Source of the DNA: Planctomycetota bacterium
GTDB lineage: Bacteria > Planctomycetota > JAJSAM01 > JAJVHW01
Length of the DNA stretch: 64,000 nucleotides
Assembly: GCA_965248445.1 (NCBI GenBank)
Contig: CBDFJG010000003.1
Coordinates: 224,001 to 288,000 of the forward strand
Reading direction: 5' to 3'
Shown here: positions 29,784 through 36,994 of the stretch, in pieces
Numbering within the stretch: position 1 is the stretch's first letter
How the letters are laid out: every line of letters begins with the position of its first letter
Position numbers and translations under genes: made by a program
Notes under the pieces: model-generated
Database searches by the model: none
Seen by the model: the letters and a program-made list of their open reading frames with translations, nothing else
What the model was told of the DNA's origin: nothing

Positions 29784-29844
29784 TGACGCCCGAGCGCGGA
29801 GCCGGCCGAGTCGCTTGCGACCGGCCGGCTCCGCGCCGGGCGCA
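29784..29844. repeat. Long imperfect palindrome with three extrahelical bases
   Basis: Arms pair perfectly once A29786, A29793 and A29809 are looped out; TT at the apex (29815-16). Confidence 0.85.
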
Positions 29845-30078
29845 TCCCTGCCGAGATCATGCGCGACCCGCCTCCTCCGCGGCAACGGCTCCATCGAGCG
29901 GTCGCACGCTGACCGATATCCAGTTGCGAGTAGCGAGCCAGTTGTCTGTGCGCGGAGACGCAAGCCAGTGGCGGATGCTCGGAAGGCCCTGCTCTAACAG
30001 GGGGGTAGGGATAGTGGAGAGGCAGTGAGGACGGCGAACGGGCGGGGCAACGTGACCGCGCGGTAGTGTGCTCGTGTC

Positions 30079-31422
30079 GTGACAACCGGCCGGAAGATCG
30101 TCGTTGCCTTGGTCGTGTTCGCCATCGCGGTGGCGACGGTGCTCGTCTTCGTCGTGGTGCACGTGCTCGGTTCCGTGCACGACGGAGAGCGCGGGCGGTT
30201 CGACGCGATCCTCTCCGACCTGGCCGCGCGTGGAGAGCCCGTGTTTCCCGGCGACCTGGCTGGACCGGCGGTGGAGCCGGGTGACGACGGTGCACCGCTG
30301 ATCCGCGAGGCGTGGGCTTGGCTCGACGAACACGCGCCGCCAGCCGAGGAGCGGCCGGGGACGTGGGAACTGGACCTTGACGCGTGGGGAGCGCTCTCGG
30401 ATGAGGAGCGCGCGCGGCACGCGGGGTTCGTGGGGTGGTTGCAGCCCTATCTGGACCTGGTTCGCGCGGGGACGGAACGGCCGGTGTTGCGTCTGTTCGA
30501 TCGACCGAAGGAGTTCGGTTTCGGAGAGCGGACCACGGAGACCGTCGAAGGCGTACAGTCGACGCATCGACTGCTCAGCGCGAGCGTCGTCGTGGCGGAC
30601 GACTCGGACTCCAGACTGCGTGCCATGCGAGCGCTCGGGCTGCTGGGCGCGCGACTGGAGCGGCACGAGAGTGCGGTGATCACCCTGATTGCGGTGGTCT
30701 TACAGCATGGGCCGCTCGAGCGCCTTCGCGAGCACGTCGAGCGCGATCTTGTCGATGCTGCATCCGCGGTCGAGGTTCTCGCGCCGGTGTTGCGCTCCGA
30801 CGTGCGGAGCCAGGTGCTCGCCGGGGTCCGGGCCAGCCGGGTGTCCGCCATCGGCATGCTGCGTACCACCGTGGGCGACGCGCCGGACACCTGGGGCCAC
30901 GACGGGCCAACGGTGGATGGCTGGACGGCCGCGCTGTCGCGCGATGCGGTGGCCGACTTCGCACTGGATGTGCAGGCGATTCTCGACGCGAACCCCGACA
31001 CATGGTCCGACCTGACTCGTCGGCTCAGCGGACTGTCCGACAGGGCGCGTCCGCGCTGGCGCACGCGCCCTTGGGAATTGAATCCCGGCCAGACGACTGC
31101 CGGCGCTTGCGCGGTTCTCCTCCCCAAGCTGGCGACGCAGGGCGCGCGCGCGTCGGCGCTGCAGTCGCTCGCCCGGCTCTCGCTCGCCGCGGTCGCGGCC
31201 TTCGACCGCACGGGCGTGTGGCCAGCGTCGCTCGACGAGATCGGCGTGCCGGACGGTGTACGGATCGATCCCTTCACCGATCGTCCGTTCGTGTTCGAGC
31301 GGCTTCCCGACGGCGTGCGCATCTCTTCCGCCGTGCCGGTGGATGCCGACGTATGGGGCTCGAAAGCCGTGGAGCAGAACTCACCCGCGGACGACGGTCT
31401 CGTCTGGACACTGCGGCGGTGA
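30079..31422 (+). CDS. Hypothetical membrane-anchored protein with pseudopilin/GspG-like C-terminus (cassette cargo, inverted)
   Basis: N-terminal TM; C-terminal TGVWPASLDEI..IDPFTDRPFVFER..ISS..DD pattern. Confidence 0.7.
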   Translation: MTTGRKIVVALVVFAIAVATVLVFVVVHVLGSVHDGERGRFDAILSDLAARGEPVFPGDLAGPAVEPGDDGAPLIREAWAWLDEHAPPAEERPGTWELDLDAWGALSDEERARHAGFVGWLQPYLDLVRAGTERPVLRLFDRPKEFGFGERTTETVEGVQSTHRLLSASVVVADDSDSRLRAMRALGLLGARLERHESAVITLIAVVLQHGPLERLREHVERDLVDAASAVEVLAPVLRSDVRSQVLAGVRASRVSAIGMLRTTVGDAPDTWGHDGPTVDGWTAALSRDAVADFALDVQAILDANPDTWSDLTRRLSGLSDRARPRWRTRPWELNPGQTTAGACAVLLPKLATQGARASALQSLARLSLAAVAAFDRTGVWPASLDEIGVPDGVRIDPFTDRPFVFERLPDGVRISSAVPVDADVWGSKAVEQNSPADDGLVWTLRR

Positions 31423-31453
31423 GACGGCGTGACCGCGAGAGGTGTCGGACCCA

Positions 31454-31488
31454 TGGACATACCGAGACCGGTGTCCGTTGCCGCACGG
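31454..31488. repeat. Cassette right-end motif, 53 bp before the att-like core at 31511
   Basis: Matches 29707-29741; contains CATACCGAGACCG. Confidence 0.88.
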
Positions 31489-31510
31489 AATAGTCGTCCG
31501 GCAACGCGGG

Positions 31511-31640
31511 CTACTTGATGTGGGACTCCGTCCCGTTCCGTGCTGGACCGGTACAGGCTCCGAGATTCCGCAAGCGCATCACCAACGCGGTACCACGAAG
31601 CGCCTCGGGGAACTCCGCGTAGGCACAAGTTAGGCACAAG
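31511..31640. repeat. 130-bp cassette left-end repeat, copy 2
   Basis: CTACTTGATGTGGGA core ... AGGCACAAGT-T-AGGCACAAGT direct repeat. Confidence 0.92.
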
Positions 31641-31650
31641 TTGGCCGGTG

Positions 31651-32184
31651 CTAGGCGGCGGCGCGGTGGCGCGCGACGAGCCAGCGCCATGCTGCACGAA
31701 GCGTTCGGAGCAGCCACGTCGTTCCCTGAAGGCTCCACCAGTAGAGCCCCAGGGGAACGAGCAGGAGCGCGGTCGCTGCGAGAGCCAGCCGAACGCCGTC
31801 TTCGACTGTGCCGAGAAGCGCACCAGCGACCACGCCGACGAGGACGGAGACGGCGAACGACATGACGACTGCGATCGGGATCTCGGTGATGAGCGGCCAG
31901 TTGAGGCGTTGCCGCGCACCGTGCGTCAGCAGGGTGGACGGGAACAGTACGAGGATGACCGAGGCGGCACTGCCTACGAGTGCGAGGAGCAGCATGAACG
32001 GGAGGGCGAGCGCACCGCCTATCGGCTCACCCATGAGCACGGCCCAGGCCAGCATGCCGAAGTAGGCGAGCATGGTGAGGACGATCGTGGTGCCGACCAC
32101 CGTGGCGGCCGCCAGGGCGTGCCCGAGGGCGGTCTGCGTGTGGGTCACGACACGTTCGGGCCGGCGGCTGTCGTCGTCAGGCAC
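31651..32184 (-). CDS. Hypothetical membrane protein (cassette cargo)
   Basis: Four TM helices, PLGLYWW; TACGCT 6 nt before GTG 32184 (alternative ATG 32223). Confidence 0.7.
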   Translation of the reverse strand: MPDDDSRRPERVVTHTQTALGHALAAATVVGTTIVLTMLAYFGMLAWAVLMGEPIGGALALPFMLLLALVGSAASVILVLFPSTLLTHGARQRLNWPLITEIPIAVVMSFAVSVLVGVVAGALLGTVEDGVRLALAATALLLVPLGLYWWSLQGTTWLLRTLRAAWRWLVARHRAAA

Positions 32185-32213
32185 GGCTCTAGCGTACCGC
32201 GCGGGCCGGTGGA

Positions 32214-32337
32214 GGCGCGCCATACCGAGACCGGACTAGGATTCGTCACGGAGTCGTCGCGCGGAACGGGCGTGGCTACTTGATATGGGAATGCCCATTG
32301 AGCCTGGAGCGGCGACCTGGGACACTATCTGGGACAC
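32214..32337. other. Junction: right-end motif (32214-32233), att-like core (32276-32290) and arm-type repeats CTGGGACAC x2 (32317-25, 32329-37)
   Basis: Directly visible repeats that abut the integrase ATG. Confidence 0.8.
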
Positions 32338-33450
32338 ATGCCCAACCGACGCTCCTTCGGCTCCGTGTACCGGCGCAAGCGCCCTGACGGCTCCGAGATG
32401 GACGGCTACTACATCCGCTGGAGCGACGCGGGCGGACGGCGGCGCAAGCGGTTCGGCGGGCTGACCAAGGACGCCGCCGAGACGACGCTCCTCGAGATCC
32501 GGCGCGCCGTGCTGCGGGAGCGCCTCCTCGGAGAGCCCCAGGTCGAGGACATCTCGCTCAGCGCGTGGCTCGACCGCGTGCCGAAGATCATGCGAGCGCG
32601 CAAGCAGGCGCCGCGCACGATCGCGAACCGGCGCGCAGCGATGAAACGCCTGCGGTCCAAGTTCGGTCGCCGGCCAGCAGTGAAGATCACCCAAGCCGAC
32701 ATCCAAGCGCACATCGACGCGCTCTCGCTCGCCGGCATGAAGAACAGCACGCTGCGCACCGAGGTCGGGACGATCAGCGTCGTATTCGCGATGGCGGTTG
32801 CGGCCCGCGTCGCGCTCGTCAACCCGGCTCGCGGCGTGAAGGTCGGGCGCGTTGTCCACAAGGCCGTCTCTTGGCTGCGCGCCGACGAGCTGATGCGCGT
32901 GCTCGTGGCGATGCCTCGGAGCATCCGGTCGTGCGTCGTGCTGCAGGCCGAGCTTGGTCTCCGACCCGGAGAGGCGCGCGCGCTGGCGTGGGAGGACCTC
33001 GACGACAGGTTCGAGGTGCTCACGGTGCGTCGCACAGACGGCAGCGACACCACCAAGTCCGGCCGGGAGCGCCGCATCCCGTCGAGCCAATTAGCCATCG
33101 ACACGCTCCGCCACCTGTGGGGGCGCAGGCACGTACGCTCGCTCGCTGGGCTGACCCCGGTCTTCCCCGACATCACGGGGTCGAATTACAACCGGGAGTT
33201 CCGAGCCGCGGCTGACCGGATCGGTAGGACGACGCTCGTTCCGCACGATCTCCGGCACAACTGGATCGCGCATCTGGTTCGCACGCCCGGAGTGGACCTC
33301 GAGAGCGCCCGACGCATGGCGGGGCACGAGTCCCTCACGACGACGCAGAAGTACCTGCGCGCCATCCCGGACGACGAGGCGTTCGACGCCATGCATGCGC
33401 GCGACACGATGCAGAGTGGCGGTCACGACTCGCTCCTCGCGACCCCGTAG
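32338..33450 (+). CDS. Phage-type tyrosine integrase
   Basis: N-terminal arm-binding-like GSVYRR..YYIRW; catalytic LGLRPGE (R), TKSGRERRIP (K), HDLRH, GHES..TTQKY. Confidence 0.95.
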   Translation: MPNRRSFGSVYRRKRPDGSEMDGYYIRWSDAGGRRRKRFGGLTKDAAETTLLEIRRAVLRERLLGEPQVEDISLSAWLDRVPKIMRARKQAPRTIANRRAAMKRLRSKFGRRPAVKITQADIQAHIDALSLAGMKNSTLRTEVGTISVVFAMAVAARVALVNPARGVKVGRVVHKAVSWLRADELMRVLVAMPRSIRSCVVLQAELGLRPGEARALAWEDLDDRFEVLTVRRTDGSDTTKSGRERRIPSSQLAIDTLRHLWGRRHVRSLAGLTPVFPDITGSNYNREFRAAADRIGRTTLVPHDLRHNWIAHLVRTPGVDLESARRMAGHESLTTTQKYLRAIPDDEAFDAMHARDTMQSGGHDSLLATP

Positions 33451-33599
33451 CCGAAGTACCTGCGGAACTCGACCTGGTCGATGACGTAGCTACCCGACCG
33501 CTTGACCATCGGGAGACCGCCGCCCTTCTTGCGCACTCGCTTCCGTACCGAGTCCTCATCGATCCCGAGGATCTCGGCGACGTGCGCGGTTGTGAGCAC
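33423..33599 (-). CDS. Excisionase-like HTH protein
   Basis: VLTTAHVAEILGIDEDSVRKRV..LPMVKRSGSYVID; convergent with and overlapping int. Confidence 0.75.
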   Translation of the reverse strand: MLTTAHVAEILGIDEDSVRKRVRKKGGGLPMVKRSGSYVIDQVEFRRYFGYGVARSES

Positions 33600-33610
33600 A
33601 AGCGGGTACA

Positions 33611-34700
33611 GGGGCTCCCCCCTTCGCTCAGGTTGAGCGTCCGATCGGGTGACTAACATCGCACTTACAAGGAGGTGCGATGACCGGTGCCATGATCCCC
33701 TTTGCGCGCGACGACTCGCTGCCGGGCACACTCGCCGAGTTTGTCGTGAGGTTCTCCGACGAAGATCGGTGTGCAGCCCTGCTGCGCCGGTGGAAGTACG
33801 GCGAGGGCGGCTTCCGCTGTCCAGCGTGCGGCGGCGAGGAGGCGTGGTTCCTGCCGTCACGCCGGCTCGACGAGTGTTGTGCCTGCCACAAGCAGGTTTC
33901 GCTCACCGCCGGCACCGTCATGCACGGGTCTCGCAAGCCGCTACGGCTGTGGTTCCTGGCCATGTATCTGTTCGTGTCGAGCAAGCGAGGCATCTCCGCA
34001 CTCGAGCTGCAGCGCGAGCTTGGACTGGCCAAGTACCAGACCGCTTGGACATGGCTGCACAAGTTGCGAAACGCCATCGCGATGCGATCCACCGCGCCGC
34101 TGCGCGGACACCTCGAGATCGACGAGACCTGGGAAGGCGGACTGCGACATGGCCGGCCGGGGCGTCCCAAGGTCGGCGACCGCAGCGCGCTGGTCATGGG
34201 AGCCGTCGAGATCTCACCGCGTCACGCCCTCATCGGTCGCATCCGTCTCGAATCCATCGCCGATGGTTCGGCTGACACGGTCAAGGCGTTCCTCGAGCAG
34301 CACGTCGCCGCACGCTCAGTGCTGTTCACCGACGACTGGCGTAGCTATCGAAAGCCGGCTGACGACTTGGAGCACGACCATCGACCGACCAACGTGTCGA
34401 AGTCCGACGACGAGGCACACGTTGTGCTACCTGCGATCCACCGCGTCTTCTCGCTGCTCCATCGCGTGCTCTTGGGCACGTTCCAGGGCGGCGTGCGACG
34501 CAAGTACCTCCCCAGCTACCTGGCGGAGTTCGAGTTCCGGTTCAACCGACGCACATCGAAGCGACGTGGACTGCTGTTCCAACGACTACTCGCCTGCGCC
34601 GTGCGGCGATGCCCTCCCTTCCACTGGGAGATCGTTGGGCGAACCGATGCGCGCACGCCACTCGCCGCCGCAGCCTGACCTGAGTGAAGAGGGGATCCCC
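33611..34700 (+). mobile_element. IS1595-family insertion sequence (ISSod11-like, DDH)
   Basis: TIRs GGGGCTCCCCCCTTCGCTCAGGT (33611-33) and GGGGATCCCCTCTTCACTCAGGT (rc of 34678-34700), 20/23; no clean 8-bp TSD. Confidence 0.88.
33692..34678 (+). CDS. IS1595-family transposase
   Basis: Zn ribbon CPAC..CCAC, ISALELQRELG, EIDET, LFTDDWRSY, LPAIHRVFS, YLAEFEFRFNRR; AAGGAGG upstream. Confidence 0.93.
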   Translation: MIPFARDDSLPGTLAEFVVRFSDEDRCAALLRRWKYGEGGFRCPACGGEEAWFLPSRRLDECCACHKQVSLTAGTVMHGSRKPLRLWFLAMYLFVSSKRGISALELQRELGLAKYQTAWTWLHKLRNAIAMRSTAPLRGHLEIDETWEGGLRHGRPGRPKVGDRSALVMGAVEISPRHALIGRIRLESIADGSADTVKAFLEQHVAARSVLFTDDWRSYRKPADDLEHDHRPTNVSKSDDEAHVVLPAIHRVFSLLHRVLLGTFQGGVRRKYLPSYLAEFEFRFNRRTSKRRGLLFQRLLACAVRRCPPFHWEIVGRTDARTPLAAAA

Positions 34701-34708
34701 TGTGCGGG

Positions 34709-35077
34709 CTAGTGGATCTCGACGCCGGTCAGGTCCATCAGGGCGTCGAACTTGATCGCGAACGCGCGCACGACGCTCTCGCCGTCGAAGTACCGCTCGC
34801 TGCGAAGCACGTTGCCCTCGCGGGAGTGCTCCTCGAGGTTGCCGTCCCGGTTGAGCGTGAAGCGCACGATCACCCGGGCGTTGTCCTCGATCAGGACCTC
34901 GAGGTTGTCCGTCGCGAAGAAGACCCCGCCCGCGCCGATGTTCTCGACGGCGCCGGTCAGTTCCTTCTCGGCACAGGCCAGCGACGCTTCCAGCCGCGTC
35001 TCGGTGCGCGGGTGGATACGACGCTCGCGGCCGGTCGCCTGCGTCTCCGTGTGCTCTTCTGGAGCCTGGTTTGCCAT
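34709..35077 (-). CDS. PilZ domain protein
   Basis: ERRIHPR (RxxxR) and NIGAGG (N/DxSxxG-like) c-di-GMP motifs. Confidence 0.85.
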   Translation of the reverse strand: MANQAPEEHTETQATGRERRIHPRTETRLEASLACAEKELTGAVENIGAGGVFFATDNLEVLIEDNARVIVRFTLNRDGNLEEHSREGNVLRSERYFDGESVVRAFAIKFDALMDLTGVEIH

Positions 35078-35347
35078 CGTCGTCCTCGCTTGCTGCGCCG
35101 TCGTTGCCAGTCCGCTTCGGGCGGAACCCGGTGCGGGTCGGGTGCCGTCCTAGGAGCGGCGCCCTCGAACTCATCGGTACAAGAGGGCATCGGGATGTAG
35201 CCCCCGGCAAGACGACCTGCGAGGCTCACGCCGGGCTCGATCGGGGCGCCGATCTGAGTTGGGGACCGCATCCCGGGCACCGAGCCTGGAAACCACTGAC
35301 GCCCGGACCCCTCGGGAGCCGAGGATCCGTACAGGAGGCGAGAGAAC

Positions 35348-35845
35348 GTGAAGCCTGGAGACGAGAAGCCTGGAGACGCAGTCTGCGCAGCCCCAGATCC
35401 GCTCTGCGCACGCGTCTGGGAGTTCGCACCGCAAGTCGTCGAGGGCGGACTGCCCGCCGACGAGGCGGGGGCCCTCCGGACGCACGCATCGGCGTGCGGC
35501 TCCTGCGCGAGCGTCCTGGCGCGGCAGACGCGGCTCTCGAGCATCCTGCGCTCCCTTCCGGCCGCCCCGTCGGTCGAACTGGTGGCGCCGTCGCTGCCTC
35601 GCGGACGTGTGCTGCGAGTAGCTGGGGCTGCGGCCGCGGCGGCCGCCGCCGTCGTGATCTCCGTGACGCTTCTGATGGTCGAGGATCGCGACCTGGAGGC
35701 GGCGTTCGTGCCCGTGCGTGTGCTGCACGTGCAAGATCTCGCGGAGCGCGCTCCGCTGCCGGACGACGACATCCTCTCGCTCACGTCCGGTCTCGAGGCC
35801 GTCGCACTGCGCCGCCCGGTAGGCTTCGCGTCCGAGGGACGATGA
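35348..35845 (+). CDS. Zinc-finger (zf-HC2) anti-sigma factor
   Basis: ALRTHASACGSC (HxxxCxxC) followed by a TM helix; AGGAGG upstream. Confidence 0.75.
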   Translation: MKPGDEKPGDAVCAAPDPLCARVWEFAPQVVEGGLPADEAGALRTHASACGSCASVLARQTRLSSILRSLPAAPSVELVAPSLPRGRVLRVAGAAAAAAAAVVISVTLLMVEDRDLEAAFVPVRVLHVQDLAERAPLPDDDILSLTSGLEAVALRRPVGFASEGR

Positions 35846-36822
35846 TCCGCAGACGCGGACGACACGTCGCCACCACAACAGTTCTGCCTCTGGCAGGACT
35901 GTTCTTCGTTGGGTTGTTGGGGGTTGCAGGACTGACTGGCTGCCGCGATGACGTTCCGGACGATCCCGCTGACGACATGGCCGCCCTTCCGGCGCCGGAC
36001 CCGAGCGCCGCGGAACTGATCGGCAAGATCCGCGACGCCGAGACGAAGCTCGCCTTCGCCGGCTGGAAGACCGCCCACCACGGGCCGCGGGAGAGTTCGC
36101 GCACATCGCGGGTTCACGTGCAGCACGCCCCCGGCGGCCTAACGCTCCTCACCTGGGAGGGTGACGGCGAGCGGCACCAACGATGGAACTTCCGGCAGCG
36201 CCACCGCTGGATCGAGGACCCGGACCTGCTCCTCTCGAACTACACGGTCGAACGCGCTCCTGAGCCGGGCCCGCAGATCGCCTGGCGTGACACGATCACG
36301 ATCCGCGTGCGCGGGCGCGCACCGCATCGCCCGAGTCTCGACATCGACGTCGATGCCGAGACGTGGCTGCCGCTGGCGGAGACGCAGCGCAATCACGTGG
36401 GCGAGGTCTCGTTCGCATGGGCGTACGAGTCAGTGGAGTTCGATCCGGAGCCGCCGGCCAATGCTCCAGCGCCGCCTGAGACGATCGAGACGCCGGACGA
36501 CCAGGATTGGGGCGGCTGCTCGTTCGATGCCCTCGTGGCGTCGAACGTCCCGGCCGGGTTCCGCCGGGTCGCCTGCCGCCTCCTGGACTGCGGCTCCCAG
36601 CGGGAGTTCTGGTCCGATGGGCTAGCCGCCTTCTCGGTCCGGCAACGGCCTGCCAAGGACGACGACACGCTCGCCGTGGGCGCTCTCGAGCGCCGCACCG
36701 GCACGGGCCGCGCGCACGTCCGGGGCCACGTCGGAGGCATGATCGTCGAGGTGGCCGGCTCCCTGCGGGTCGAGGACCTCGAGGACGTCGTCCGCGGCCT
36801 CGCCTCCCGTCCTACGGACTGA
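35842..36822 (+). CDS. MucB/RseB-like lipoprotein
   Basis: Lipobox LTGC; LLLSNYTV, IAWRDT, DVDAETWLPL, WSDGLAAFSV; ATGA overlap with the anti-sigma gene. Confidence 0.75.
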   Translation: MIRRRGRHVATTTVLPLAGLFFVGLLGVAGLTGCRDDVPDDPADDMAALPAPDPSAAELIGKIRDAETKLAFAGWKTAHHGPRESSRTSRVHVQHAPGGLTLLTWEGDGERHQRWNFRQRHRWIEDPDLLLSNYTVERAPEPGPQIAWRDTITIRVRGRAPHRPSLDIDVDAETWLPLAETQRNHVGEVSFAWAYESVEFDPEPPANAPAPPETIETPDDQDWGGCSFDALVASNVPAGFRRVACRLLDCGSQREFWSDGLAAFSVRQRPAKDDDTLAVGALERRTGTGRAHVRGHVGGMIVEVAGSLRVEDLEDVVRGLASRPTD

Positions 36823-36994
36823 ACCGTCCCGATCCGGCCTGATCAGGCGGGATTCCCGGATTCCGTGCTACCCAGGTGGGGCCCCCAGCGTTCAGAATCC
36901 CACAGAGAAGCCCACATGCGGCCGAACCGGTGTCGCGGCGCGACGCTCGATGCCCTCGGCCGCTTCGACCCAACGGTCGCCTCGGAGGATCGAG

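Noticed and set aside
28186..32290. CRISPR array
   Set aside because: The repeats are 130 bp and separated by whole genes. There are no cas genes or regularly spaced 25-45-bp repeats in the window.
32276..32304. dif/XerCD site (ACTTGATATGG resembles a XerD arm; weak dyad ATGGG-AATG-CCCAT)
   Set aside because: The conserved inner TAA/TTA of dif is missing, the second arm is not shared between the three copies, and the synonymous pattern fits a coding 3' end better.
28186..33450. Classical integron (IntI plus attC array)
   Set aside because: The integrase has an N-terminal arm-binding-like domain and an adjacent xis, and lacks the IntI-specific insertion. The repeats are not RYYYAAC..GTTRRRY palindromes.
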